Positions 21,528 to 33,803 of a stretch of 35,502 nucleotides of DNA are shown here, one piece after another. How positions within the stretch are numbered: position 1 is the stretch's first letter; the number at the start of each line of letters is the position of its first letter. Source of the stretch: Catajapyx aquilonaris (lineage: Eukaryota). The notes under the pieces were generated by a model. The model saw nothing but the letters and a program-made list of their open reading frames with translations, did no database searches and was not told the origin of the DNA. Made by a program: the position numbers and the translations under genes. Location of the stretch: positions 1-35,502 of the forward strand of contig JYFJ02004023.1 of the NCBI GenBank assembly GCA_000934665.2, written 5' to 3'.

Positions 21528-22952
21528 TAGGCTATCGTTGGCTATAGTAGTGTAATCCTACAACCGATTTTATAACACTTTCATGAAAAAGTCAAATGGC
21601 AAACTGTGTGATATGCATGTTGGGAATGAGTCAAGCACATACTGGAGATATACGTATTTAGAAAACGTTGCATAACTTTTCATTGAAACGCTTGTATGAA
21701 AGTTCAATTACGTCATAATAATTTTCCTACCTATTCATACTCGACATTATGGCAAGTATTTCTGAATACGCCAGAGGCTTGGGGTGGGGGGGGGAGCACC
21801 GAACGGAAATTAAATATGAAATAGTGAATATGACTTTCCCAGATTGTAATTAGTAGAATGTCTTGCGCCGTTCCTCCGCTCCTAATTAAGGACACGTTTC
21901 CAGTTATTTTTCCATTACGACTTCATATTGAAGTCAGCAAACAAAAGCTCAATTCTTGGCTTGGTTCCGACCGAAACTTTCACTATATTCGGGAGAAAGA
22001 GGGGTTTTCCGAGTTTGTACCGTATAACTGGATGGTAGAAGGGTGGTTCCAACCCCACCTCCAAATGGTCTAATGGAAAACAACGATTAGTGTCAACGGG
22101 ACTTAATTACAGTCTGGTAGAAACCGCCCTCCTTCGCTCGGGAGCCATCTTCGTCGTTAATCATTCTTATCTGCGCTGTCCGTACCGAAGCCACTAATAC
22201 CCTCCGATACTTTTTGGAAGGGAAGTTGGGTAGGAAAAGTGTCCGTACATGACCCGACTACTATCGGAGACAAAAATTTCGAAACTGGGTGGGCGCTGAT
22301 ACCACTAGACGGCACGGTAGACATGGCAACCCTCAGTCCCCTTGGGCAGAATCCCAATCGGCCCAATGAAACCCGAAGAATCCAATTGGCACCCACCGGG
22401 TAAATGTGCGTCAATGGGCATACAAAATATTACAGTGGTACAGAGAGTGAGAGGTCTTTTCACGGGGGAAACGTCAGAGTTGAAGTGCAGAAATGATACG
22501 AAAGGAAGCTTCATCTGGAGCAGTTGCCTTAGGGAGACCGAGTGCATCCTGAGACGACTCCATGTCTTAATCAACATTTGCCCGCCGGGGAGATGGAAGT
22601 AGACCGTGTCTACCTGGCTCCTTAAAGGATGCCTCCCATTTTCGTAATTAAACGTACTCCTTCATTATTCAAACTTGGTGAAGGCAATATAATGTGCAGG
22701 TTCGTGGAAAAGAAGTTTGGACATGGTTTATCATATACGTAGCATGAGTGAGTTATAAATATTCAACAAAAACATTTTGATTACAAAATGTTAGAATTAA
22801 CGTGTATTTAACTTTAAAATGTTACGTGCATTTAGCATAATTTTGATGGGTCAATATTACAATACCACGACACACACACACCCACCCACACAGACTTGCG
22901 CTCAATAAGCTACGGGGACGTTGAAAACTCAACTTTTCGAAGTTAGCGTAAA

Positions 22953-22988
22953 CTAGCCTAGCCTAGCCTAGCCTACCCTAACTAACTT
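22953..22988. repeat. (CTAGC)n short tandem repeat, probably TE-subterminal
   Basis: actagcctagcctagcctagcctaccctaactaac, followed by inverted TGTGGGGACA / TGTCCCCACA at 23069-23103. Confidence 0.6.
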
Positions 22989-23943
22989 AGGCTGAGAGAA
23001 TGGACTTATATGAAACCCTGCAAATCGAAATTGTGGGGATATAACGGTAACGTTCTGGTGTGCGAAAATGTGGGGACAGCAGTCTCCGACAGTTGTCCCC
23101 ACAGTTACAGTAAAAACACATACTTCCGGTCCCACTGCTTATTGAAGACAAGAACACATGGTTGTTAAACATAACGTCGCCTTATAAGATAGTATACTTG
23201 TGGCGTCTTCCACGTAACTTAATGAAGCAATTCAGCACAAGAGGACCTCTCCGACCAAGATAATTAGTTAACCACTAATCAAGTTGCCGTAAGTGAAACA
23301 TAATATATTAATGACTTCCTCCACCCATGACAAATTGGGTACGCCATTTTTTGTTTTTAATACGGGTCTTAGATAACATTTGCATCCACAAAGCATAAGT
23401 AGCATGACACGTTGGCTACATTTTTTCCTTAAACCTCACCTATTTTCATGACATGCAGCACATAATATTATGTAGTACTGGATATGGCTCTTTATAGGCT
23501 AACCCGTTTCTCTTCTGCCAATTTGTCGCAGATAAATGCTTCCATTTTCGAGTGCATGTCATGTTTTAGAAAAATATCCTGAAATGTACCGTAGTGTATG
23601 AAATTATTTCTGAAAACGAAATGAATTATTTTGAAATAACTTTTCACTCTCTTTCTGGTGACATTTTTCTTGCATGAGTACATGGAGCGACACCCGTCAC
23701 TGCGACGAAAATTCTTGCTATTTATTCTAAAATGGATTATGAGAACGTGGATGCCAACAGGCCCAGTGCAATAAGGAACGAACGGACCATGCTACTAGAT
23801 TTGAATAGGCGGTTTGGGAGTCTTCGTTCGTCACGTTCCCCCACTAGCTTACAAGGTGGAGTGCTCTGGCGTTGAGCACTACAGGGACCAGCCCACGGAC
23901 ACTACCCCTACGTTCTGGGCTTATCACCTGCCGAGGGGTTTTG

Positions 23944-24198
23944 CAGTGGGTGCTCACTTGAGAGCGCCATGAGAGATTTCCCAGAGCATTTATGTGGCGA
24001 CCCTACCGGACTAGGCTGAACTTTATAGGTACGAAAGGGGAGGGCAACATTGGGGGCCCAATATGGCCACCGGCGGCCATGTTGGGCCAGCATGTAGCGC
24101 TTCCCTTTCGTACCTATAAAGTTCAGCCTAATCCGGTAGGGTCGCCACATAAATGCTCTGGGAAATGTCTCATGGCGCTCTCAAGTGAGCACCCACTG
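23944..24198. mobile_element. pogo/Tigger-like palindromic MITE (255 bp)
   Basis: TG-CAGTGGGTGCTCACTTGAGAG...CTCTCAAGTGAGCACCCACTG-TA with near-perfect ~95-bp arms. Inverted symmetry continues 15 bp beyond the TA (23927-24215). Confidence 0.9.
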
Positions 24199-24403
24199 TA
24201 AAACCCCTCGGCAGGGGGTGGGTGGGGAGTGACCTAACCTGAGTCTTCTATAACCATGACAGGGACGGACCAAAAGCGCCGCAAACTCAAGCGATGCGGC
24301 ACCCCACCTAACTATACCGATAAGCCTCTCCATGCCTCTCTAAAGTCATGGGGGTCGGAGGCGGAAACCTATGTGAAAAAAACGGAGTTGCCATGGGGTG
24401 GAT

Positions 24404-24664
24404 CCAAGGGGTAACCACTCGACTGAAAAGTGTACACTGGAGTACCAAATTCAAGGAGTACCAAGGAGTACCAAGGAGTACCAAAGAGTAAGGTACTATA
24501 TCGCTCAAAAAGATAGAGACGATTGGCATTTGATTCAAGTGCAAGTTGCACTTGAGTCAAATGCAAAATCGTCTCTATCTTTTTGGGCGATATAGTACCT
24601 AAGGAGTACCTTGGAGTACCACACGCAGGTGTACACCGGAGTACCGAAGTGGTTGCCCCCTTGG
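24404..24664. repeat. Short element with inverted ends and tandem GGAGTACCA(A) 10-mers, host to MITE copy 2
   Basis: Inverted pair CCAAGGGGTAACCACTCG / CGAAGTGGTTGCCCCCTTGG. About 7 GGAGTACC units lie between them. Confidence 0.65.
24496..24595. mobile_element. Palindromic 100-bp MITE, copy 2
   Basis: Same sequence as 277-398 without the duplication. TA TSD within AGG-TA-CCT. Confidence 0.92.
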
Positions 24665-25484
24665 GTGGATCATATCGTGCTTACGCACAGATCACTTCTC
24701 ATTACAGGATTGCATCCTGTGCGCCACACTCGGTTGCGTTCTTATGTTGACAGCTCTATTGTAGGCCTACTTTTGATAATACATCCATTTCCGTCTACAT
24801 GCAATGTTTTAAAGCCTGCAAATACACGATCAACCCTTGTCAAATGGGATATATTTGCATATTATTTCCAAAGAGCGTCTCACGTTCTTTCTCCTGAACA
24901 TAATCTGCTTCTACGTATCTCTGAAAATAACTCAAATATGAAAATATATACATTTTTATTTTGGACACTTATTGAAATATTTTTGGATGGGCAAAAACGA
25001 GCATTTGCAAGGGTTATGAAAAAATGCTACTCTTTGATGTTCTGACTTTTACCACCGGAAAGTAGAGATATTGGGATTTCAGAGTATGTACATACATGTG
25101 TGATAAAACTGTGATAACTGGGACTTTAATGGACTTAAATATAGCCGTTAAAATGATAAATTTCGCCAATTTCAAAGGTCTGTAAAATCTAAAGGGCTTG
25201 AAACCACAGGATGGAATTTATTTTCAATAACTCCGACTGGGATGAGATCCAGCCATGGTCAAATAAATCCGGGGTTCCAAGCCCTTCTGGCCGATTTTTA
25301 GGTCCGAAATAATTGGGAAATTCCCTAAATTTGCGAATTTCAAGGTCAAATATCTCAAAATATATTTTTTTGTTAAATTTGAAATTCAGCTTTTAAGTTC
25401 AGGTAGTAAGCAGGGATTCGTAAGTTGTAGTTGCAAAAAGTACTACATTGATAAGAAATGTAAATATCGTTCAAGTAATACTGA

Positions 25485-25545
25485 ATGTAATAATATTCTA
25501 AGTGTGACTAACGCACCGTTAGTCACACTTAGAATATTATTACAT
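25485..25545. repeat. Perfect hairpin, 29-bp arms, 3-nt loop
   Basis: ATGTAATAATATTCTAAGTGTGACTAACG-CAC-CGTTAGTCACACTTAGAATATTATTACAT. Confidence 0.95.
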
Positions 25546-25610
25546 AGTTATAGAACGCTAGAAGCGGATTCCGAGGTCCCGTAAGTCCATTTTCAAGAAA
25601 AATTAACTGA

Positions 25611-28107
25611 GGGCTAATTCCATGCAAAAGTATACATCAGGGTCAGATTTTGAATTAAATTATTTATATGATATTATGGTATTTTCTGAAAGCTGAGATT
25701 GTGTATTTTTTATTTTTGAACAGATATTAGAGAATTTTCACATACATTCAAGTTAACAACACTGTTTATTTCCAATATGGCGGGTGTGCAAATTTCTTTG
25801 TTCTAAGGCTCCATAAAAAATCTTCATAGTTCAACAAGTAAGCTAGTGTTTTTCATGCAGTAAACTGTGATTTATATCACACAAGAACTGGATGAATGTA
25901 CTATAATTTATCTTTCCATTGCAATGAATTATTCAGCATAAATATTAGCCAGTTTAAATACCATCTTTGTGTGTCGTGTAAGTCACAGTTTTTGGACCTT
26001 TTTTTAATTTTTAGCTGTAGTACCAAAATCTAAAAGTTTATATTAATTACCTTCTCACTACACAGTAGGACCCTTCAAATAATAGTAACAATTTTGAGGT
26101 AATTTTTGTCTGAACATTGTTATGGCCATTTAATTCTTGTCGTGTAAGTCACACTTCCGCTTGGATGCCACTGTCACTATTGTTTCCCGGCTGTTAAAAT
26201 GGCACTTACAGTAGTGGAATGGAAGAAAAAGCAAATGTCATAGTTAAAGCAAGAAGGGAAGTAAGAGCTGTCCTAGATAAGTGCATTGGAAAGGCAAAAA
26301 TTAAGGTGTAATTTTAAAAGAAATTGTGACTTTTAGTGAAAGAGAAGCTTTGAAGGTAAATTGTAGAGTTTGAGAAGCCATCAATGCCAGACAGTTTGAT
26401 CCAAACACAGCTGGAGAATTTGCAGAAGTTGCCAATAGAGTTTATCCAAATATTAATATTATATTCATTGAATCAAAGGACATTTAAAGAAGAATAGCTG
26501 CGCTTGATAAAATGTGAACTCCTACTAGAAAAGAAGTTGTTTTTTTTTCCTGACTAAGGAAATCTCATTATTTCAGTACACTTGGACATTATGTACTAGA
26601 ACATTCTATTATTTCCAATGCTTCCATTCTTGCGTTTTATATTGTTTATTTTTAACTTGACTTTTTAAAGGCTTTGTACCACAGACTTCTGGTACTCATA
26701 CCTGCTCATTCATCCCAGACGTGTAATTTGCCTGCAGAATCTACAAATAGTATGGAATCCGCTTTTAGTTGTACAGATAATAAAGCAGATAACTGGATTG
26801 TCATTGACTGCAAATGTAATGGACAGAACTCACTACATTCTTTGTTGGGCAAATTATACCAATTTATAGACCATTTTATACACACATATAGACTACATAC
26901 ATTGTAGTAACCTATACACATTCCGCCTGCATGGCATTATATCCCATGACAGGGTGGCCAGCGATGACCATAAGGTATCATACCTGGCCATCTCACATGG
27001 CAATACAATGAATCCACTGCTATAGCTCAGGTACACACATTATACATGTTCAAATGTTAATTATGAGAATTGCTGCCCTGCACATTCTCATCTAGACCTA
27101 TCATTTAAATATTTTAATAAAATAACATGTAATAAGAGAGATTACTTTGTTTCTGTCCTAAAAATCTAAAATTCTTCTCATAAATCTCATCAGAAAGCAA
27201 TGAGGACAAAAGTGTCGTGTAAGTCACGTTTCGAGTGTCGTGTAAGTCACAAAAGAAAAAATTTATTTCTTGTAAAATTAATAACATAACACTAAGTTCA
27301 CATAATAATATTTTAATTTGGGTCTTTGAAAATATCCTCCCTACAATAATACTAACATTTAAACCGTAATGTGAAGAATTTTACATTCATATCTGAAGCC
27401 TCCATTACCAGTGGCTTTCTTGTCGTGTAAGTCACACATTCCTTTATATATTTATATAACTCAAATGAAATGTGCAACTGTTAAAATCAAAACATTAATT
27501 AACCCTTAACTACGTAGGTGGGTGAAACACCATTAACTACGTAGGTGGAGCCTGAGAGGCTCCAACGGTATATTTAAATTTCTGCTTATCAACTAAATTG
27601 TTATATTGGACTTTTCACATACAGAAAGTGCAGTTCAGATCATTAGGCTTCCGAATACGTAAAAATCACACGCTGAGTCAGCATATTCCGACAGAGAAAA
27701 ATTCTTAATTAAAAGGTTACATCATGCTTGAGCCGCTCAGTCTTCACCTGCATAGGTAGAGCCAGTATAGAGTCCAGGAGGGACCTGTTCCTCGTTACGA
27801 ATTTTTTTAAACCAAAGAATAGGGACTAAAATTTTTTTTCTTTCCTTTTCATGCTTAGGAAGGTTTGTCTGACAAAGTCACGGAAGGACAGGGGAAAATA
27901 AAATTCGATGAAAAAGTTATATGCGTTTAAATAGTGCTTGGAGCCTCTCAGGCTCCACCTACGTAGTTAAGGGTTAACACTTATTTGATACAAAGTGCAT
28001 ATTTAGGTTTAAACACCCTTTCCTTAAATGCTAAGTTTGCGCTTTAAAAAAATTAAAAGTTAGGCATAAACTGAGTGTCATGTCGTGTAAGTCACGCGTG
28101 GAATTAG
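25611..28107 (+). mobile_element. Decayed Sola-like DNA transposon with six GTCGTGTAAGTCAC repeats and transposase C-terminal remnants
   Basis: Ends CTAATTCCATGC / GCGTGGAATTAG. The 14-mer occurs at 25973, 26139, 27214, 27237, 27422 and 28082. Plus-strand remnants NTAGEFAEVANRVYPNINIIFIESKDI...RKSHYF (about 26404-26575) and DNWIVIDC resemble Sola2-type C-termini. Confidence 0.6.
27503..27973. mobile_element. piggyBac-type MITE (471 bp), TTAA TSD, nested
   Basis: TTAA-CCCTTAACTACGTAGGTGG...CCACCTACGTAGTTAAGGG-TTAA, with subterminal GGAGCCTGAGAGGCTCCAA inverted at both ends. The left TIR is partly duplicated. Confidence 0.93.
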
Positions 28108-28599
28108 AATGAGGACATCGATTGATAGCTTATGGTACTCTCCAGCTCCTCCTGAGGTCCGAATACATCAAATGTCCCTGGGTCCATCCAAGCACGGAAA
28201 TCGGAGGATTTTTCCAAAGCCATATAAGTTCATAATTATATACTTTACGACAGTGTCAGAGATACGACGACCCTGCCATTAAGGCCCTGCGTCACATACT
28301 TAATGACAACAAAAGTTTAAATCTCAAAAGGATACAAATGGACTTAAGGATATTGGAATTCCGCCTCCTGTGATGAAGATAAGAGTTCCTGGAAAATAAA
28401 CAGCATCATCAAAAAATGTCAAGTATTTCATCCATTTGCCAAACAACAATAGGGTGATTTATTTCCAGCATCTATATTGCATAGTGGGAAACAAGAAAAT
28501 GACACAACGAGTCTAAACCAGCCATCCCGACACGAAATTGGCGTCCTGACGGCCTATAGGAAAGTGTTCTGGCATTTTTAAAAAGAGCAATTCGGGGTC

Positions 28600-28850
28600 T
28601 GGCCGTTTCATTAAAACGCCCACTCTGCAGAATTGATAATTTTGAGCATTTTGCAGAATGGACGGTTTAAAACGTTCAGACTGCAGAATGCTCTATGTTA
28701 AACAGTCCATTCTGCATAATGGATGGTTGGACAAGGAGCATTCTGCAGAATGGACGGTTTGCCATGTGGAATGAATGGTTTGGCATAGAGCATTCTGCAG
28801 TTTGGACGTTTTTTTCGCCCAATGGCCTTTTTCGGGGTTTGAGCCTAACA
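28600..28850. repeat. Array of palindromic CATTCTGCAGAATG units (decayed foldback or MITE interior)
   Basis: About six variants of CATTCTGCAGAATG(GACGGTT) in both orientations between 28621 and 28810. Confidence 0.75.
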
Positions 28851-29828
28851 TAATTATAACTTACATGTAACATACCCTCGTAGTTCTTATTTAGCCAGTA
28901 TTGATAAATTTTCTATTGTGCTGAAGAGAGAAAGAAAGTATTCCGGGAGATCATTAGCGCCCGACAACATCTGGTGCTGGCAAGTCTCTCTAATTATTGG
29001 CCAGGAAATTAATGAATGGCATTTTGGGAACTCTTTCCCTAGACGCCCACTCCCGGTGGGAGTGGGGTGGGTGGGACGGATACGCTTCATTTCCAACGGT
29101 TTGTTTATCGATAATAGTTTGCACAATGTGCTGACCACACTCTAGCATAATGAGCTTCATTATTTTCGTGCGTCTACTACAGTGGTGTGGATAGTAAGGA
29201 GTTTGACGCCAAAAGCGGTTTTGCATTGTGCACATGGTAAAACCAATCAGGGAGTCATCGGGTCACTTATTGTGGAGGCTGGATATTTACGAAGTGGGCT
29301 TCCAGCCGTCACACGACGTCAAATCAGCAGTCACTGACCATATTCGAACCACTACACCACACTGATAATTATGGCTGCGATCTCGCAATATAGCTAGTTG
29401 TAATCAGAGTAATTATCTCTTTCCAGTGATGCAATAAAATGTCTGCGTTTTTGAGTGCGACATCTGAAACTTCGCCCGTAAGGGATGAAAAACGCACTTA
29501 ATGTGACCTGCTCAAAATGACCCGGTGACCCCTTTTTGGGGGCTTCCAATGCACCTAATTTCAAGAAAATCGGAGAGACCTTGGAAAGTGTCCCTTGTGA
29601 GTTCGAGAGGTCATAACTTTTGACCTTGTGGGCATTCGCCTAAATTGTTTGCATTTTCTTTAATAACTTACCTGCCTATATTATTGTGCCAAGTTTCATT
29701 CAGAAACTCCACGGACAACACTTACACTTCCCTTGTCAGTAGTAACGATACTGCTGAGACCAAATGACACCATAAAGAAAGTGATCCTCTGCTACTAAGC
29801 GGCTGACCAGAGAGCGTTGTCGGTAATT

Positions 29829-30389
29829 GAAGCGATCAGAACAGAAACCCCATAAGTCACAATATTTTTGTGAAGTTGAATTATTGCCGGAAATGGCATC
29901 CTTATCTATCGAGTATGTGCAGAAACCACACAAGAATATGAGGGGAAAGCCCAGAAAACGACCCAGTGAGTTGAGAAGCCCCTTTAATAGTCCACTCCAC
30001 ACGTATGGGGTTTCTGCATTCATTCACTTGACGACCCGTGCCGAGAAGGGGTCAGATAGAACTTAATATTGTGGGACTCGGAGTAACGGGTGTCATTTTG
30101 ATGGAAATAAAGCCCAAGTTGATAAAAAATTATAGCATTTGAGTCTTCATTGATCCCTTCAAGGGCTATGAAAGCAGAAACCCCATAAGTCCCGGACTTT
30201 TAACAAAACACTACATACACCAATTGTCACTTAATCTTTTAAAACCCCGACGAAAGTATTGCCTTTGCATGTGTGTTACGTAAAAAAATCTATTGTATGC
30301 AACAGCAGTATTGTGAACTTAGGTAGTTTTATGTTTCTCCTGAAAAAATTACTTTTACGGACTTATGGGGTTTCTGATCTCATTGCTTC
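29829..30389. mobile_element. Sola1-like MITE (561 bp), 4-bp AATT TSD
   Basis: AATT-GAAGCGATCAGAACAGAAACCCCATAAGTC...GACTTATGGGGTTTCTGATCTCATTGCTTC-AATT, with internal GCAGAAACCCCATAAG repeats near 29919, 30003 and 30174. An AWWT TSD is characteristic of Sola1. Confidence 0.85.
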
Positions 30390-30601
30390 AATTTTACGAA
30401 ACACTCTATAATTATTATACAGTAACTGGGAATAGAAGAAACTGCTGACTCTTTGCATGGTCACTGCCACCTTGCTTATTCTTCTAGATTTCGCCAAACT
30501 TTCTGGACACTATACCAATTCTTATGCTATACCTTGATCTTGGTCCACATTCTTCAAAGACTAATCTTTATATCGGTAAGGACTCTATATTAACACACCT
30601 A

Positions 30602-31212
30602 TGTAATGTAATGATAATTATATGTGTCAATTATTCTGTTGGCCCCTTGTTGTTGTAAAGTAACGAGGAAACCGTACCACCCATGTAGTTACTGTTTATT
30701 CTGATGGCCACTTGTTTTGTTTGTTGTCCTGTTGAACCATCTTCAAAACCATCGTTAACAATGTAAAAATCCTGTTGGACCTTATCAATAAACAAAGTCG
30801 GCCTACTATAAAAGGCTGATCAGTCAGTTGTTTGGCCTTAGACGGGGAAAGAGCTCACCTCGGACTAACAGCCGGCACCGCGGCAGTGACTCCTCGGTTA
30901 CTGTACACTTAACAATCAACCAAGTCTTTCATTGGGCACATGGGATTGTAATAATTGAACCATGGAATTCATGCCTATCTTGCCTGATGACCGGGCCAGC
31001 ACTTTGTGCGCCGCCTGGACTAACGGACAGGAGAATTCCTAAAGCAAAAGGAGATTGTCTAAGAAAGTGAATTATGTCGTTAGAGTCAGATCAACTTGAT
31101 AAGTGCTTCCTCACACTGGCTACGGCCACCGGAAGCCCGAACCTGGTCGGGGTGTACCCTAATAGCATTGGTCACTCCTAATAGTCATGTGCACTGCCAA
31201 CCTGGCGTCACA
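30602..31212 (+). mobile_element. Solo LTR (611 bp), 4-bp TSD CCTA (Gypsy-like)
   Basis: CCTA-TGTAATG...CGTCACA-CCTA, with internal TATAAAAGG at 30807-30815. No PBS or PPT is visible outside, consistent with a solo LTR. Confidence 0.8.
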
Positions 31213-31315
31213 CCTACATCAGCATTTTAGTAAGCTTACATATTTAAGTTATGTACTCTATAAAAAACTGAGACCATAGACTTGTCTCAAAAAGCACTCG
31301 CCGGCACTCGCTATA

Positions 31316-31455
31316 CAGGGTGTTTCTTACTAGTATGTCCACGGGCAGGCAGAGTACTCGTTAATCCAAAAGAAGTCCAAAACGTAGTGATGAGAAAATG
31401 TCGAGACACCAATTATTATTGGTAACGAGGAAGGCGACCAGAAAAACGTTGTCTC
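31316..31455. mobile_element. Left arm of a diverged relative of the 21040-21527 MITE
   Basis: TA-CAGGGTGTTTCTTAC...ATGTCGAG...GTAACGAGGAAGGCGACC, colinear with 21040-21170. Confidence 0.7.
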
Positions 31456-33803
31456 TATAAACATACGCGGCAACACGCTCGAGAGAATGGGTTATTTGGT
31501 TGACGATGAATGACACTGTCATAGGTATGGATGTTTAGATCATCATTGTAGTAAAGCTTCCACCCACAAATAATAATATATTTACATTATGTTCACAATA
31601 TCGGTTTCTGCTGTTGATTGTTAATAAATATTACTGCCACTTATCATTTCCCGCCAGCATCACATTGTTTTTCTTTGTGTATCTATCTCTTTGCATAGAT
31701 TCGGGGATCTGTCTGATTCCGATCATCGCAGGTGCTTAGAATAGGGCGCAACTTGTAAAGCGTATCATTTTGTCGGAATCCCTTAGAAATGAAAAGAGCT
31801 GAGTGGTAATCCCTGGATCCCATTGCGTTTTGTGCATCATCCAGTTGGCAAGCAAGCAAGCAAGCAAGTTTGCTGGTGCCGCAGAAAGCAAGTCATAGAA
31901 AAGGGGTCTGCTTATTAAGCCGCGTACACTCGCTTTCCTCGGCAGCAAATTTCGAGTTAATTGAAGCGAAAGTGGGGACGGTTTCTCTTCGCACATCTGC
32001 TGCTTACAGTTATAATTGAGGACTCATCTCCGGGCACAAATTAAAAAGCACGTCTCTTATCCCCAGCCCAGACCCGACACACTGTTTCAGACACTTATTA
32101 AACTTTCGGTAATATTCAGGGAAAACCAGGGAGAATTTTCTTGTACTTTAGGTAAAAAATAATTGCTCATTTTTTGCTCGGTTACAGTGCTATGCTGCAT
32201 TTAAAAGCTGCAGTTACTGAATAATTTCAGCCAACTTAAGATAAAAAAATAGTATAGCGCTCAACTTGTAGGACTATTAGGCCTACATTCTGTAGCTTCC
32301 TTTATACAGTTTACATAGGGATAGCATTTTTTATCACAAACCCATAGTTCTGCTCCTATTAATCTGTTACACACTATATGTATTACAGACTGTTGGTGCA
32401 ATGAAGAATAGCTTACATGCCTAAAAATAGATATTTTATAGATTTAAAAAATATTTCAATATTTAAAAATGCAGCTGCATATTCTTGTTTGAAGCAAGCC
32501 TAATGTAAAGGATATTTCTGCAACAAGGAAAAACTAATGCTTTCATAAATTCGGCTTATTTAGCTGATTTCTAGTAAACAATAATATTAGGTTAATTATA
32601 TAACAGTTCTACATAACTGCTGACCTCTCCTCTGGCAGACCGAAAAATGGCAATTGCCAAGAGCTATTCGGCCGTATGTGTCAAAATAATATCTAAATAC
32701 CTGGAAACACATTTCTGGGGTAAATGGATGTTTGACCATCTAATGGGGCCATTACTGAGGTCCTCGTCAAAATCCAATGTCAAAATCCACAAATATTGCA
32801 TTGATTAAATTTAAAATGGTCCCCTAGGAGGCCACAGGCCCATCACGTGGTAGCAAATTATAACTGAGGCCCAGAAGCCAAGATGTAAGGTAGAAAACTC
32901 AGGCTTAGATTCTCTGTGTAGGAGTTTGGACACAATCTTTTTTCATGTCATAAACCTATTGAAAATCAGCTAAATATACAATCATGTAAGCTTAAGTTGA
33001 ATTTTAAAAAGTGATGCTTCCATATGGACCACCCTGCAGTAGAGTTACAATTATTTTTAATATGGTCTCACGCGGCAGTTTAAGAGAGTTTTCATTTCTA
33101 ATTAATAAATATACCAGTAAATTTAATATTAATATGCTCTGACACAATTATACTAGCAAAATTAATATACTGGTGAAGCAACGCACATTAATGAAACATT
33201 AGCCTACTTATTAAATATTTCAACGTGGCGTACACATCTGACGGACCAAGAGTTAGGAATTTTTTATGAAAGGAGATAAAAAATGAACAGGATAACGAGT
33301 CTATGTACAGTAGTAGCTCGCTGAATAGTCCCAACAGGAGTCAGGAAAATACCCCTTCGTCTTAATGTTGTCGAGACACTTGCCTATTTTTGGGAAGATG
33401 ATTTACATGTTCTTCGTATGATTTATTACTTATCATACAGCAAGAGGGTATGCCCAATTTGCTGCGAGATTGTAATCAAAATTCATCAGTCATTTCTGGC
33501 GCAGCAGTATAAATAGCAGAGGTGGGTGGAAGTAAAGCCGATAGAAGCAGGGTAGCAGCCAGTGTTTTGCGGGCGCAGGAAATTGTTTGTGTGAGTCGAG
33601 GCAAATCTAAATTGGGGTCTAACCTCCGAGGAGTAAACACGACCTTGCCCACAAAGTGCAAGGTAAGGTCCTGAAAGGCTTCAGGGAGGGAAAGCCAAAC
33701 TGCGCTGGCTAGGGGGAAAAGGAAAGGAGAGTAAAAAATAAATCAATTGAGGGCTGAGGCAAAACGCCAGCAGTTTGGGCAGCGCCACCGAATACACCCT
33801 ATA

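Larger units (their letters stand above)
25561..28367. mobile_element. Old Sola-like outer element (diverged TIRs) enclosing the inner Sola-like element
   Basis: Left end GAAGCGGATTCCGAGGTCCCGTAAGTCCATTT matches the reverse complement of the right end (GAGGCGGAATTCCAATATCCTTAAGTCCATTT). TSD not recognisable. Confidence 0.5.

Noticed and set aside
22953..22988. Interstitial telomeric repeat
   Set aside because: The unit is (TAGGC)n rather than TTAGG, with only about 4 copies, next to TE-like inverted motifs.
23908..24201. Pair of near-identical ORFs on opposite strands (likewise 20828-21555)
   Set aside because: A consequence of palindromic MITE arms.
25973..28095. GTCGTGTAAGTCAC copies as a guide-RNA or CRISPR-type array
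   Set aside because: Spacing ranges from about 23 bp to over 1 kb and the last copy is part of the terminal repeat. Better explained as transposase-binding sites.
28600..28820. CRISPR-like repeat-spacer array (also GGAGTACCA repeats at 24430-24650)
   Set aside because: Repeats are short, variable, in mixed orientation and irregularly spaced, with no cas genes and a eukaryotic context.
30984..31020. Hammerhead ribozyme cores (CTGATGA here and near 3329 and 12429; CTGAAGA at 28921)
   Set aside because: No stem II followed by GAAA and no stem I/III pairing found by eye.
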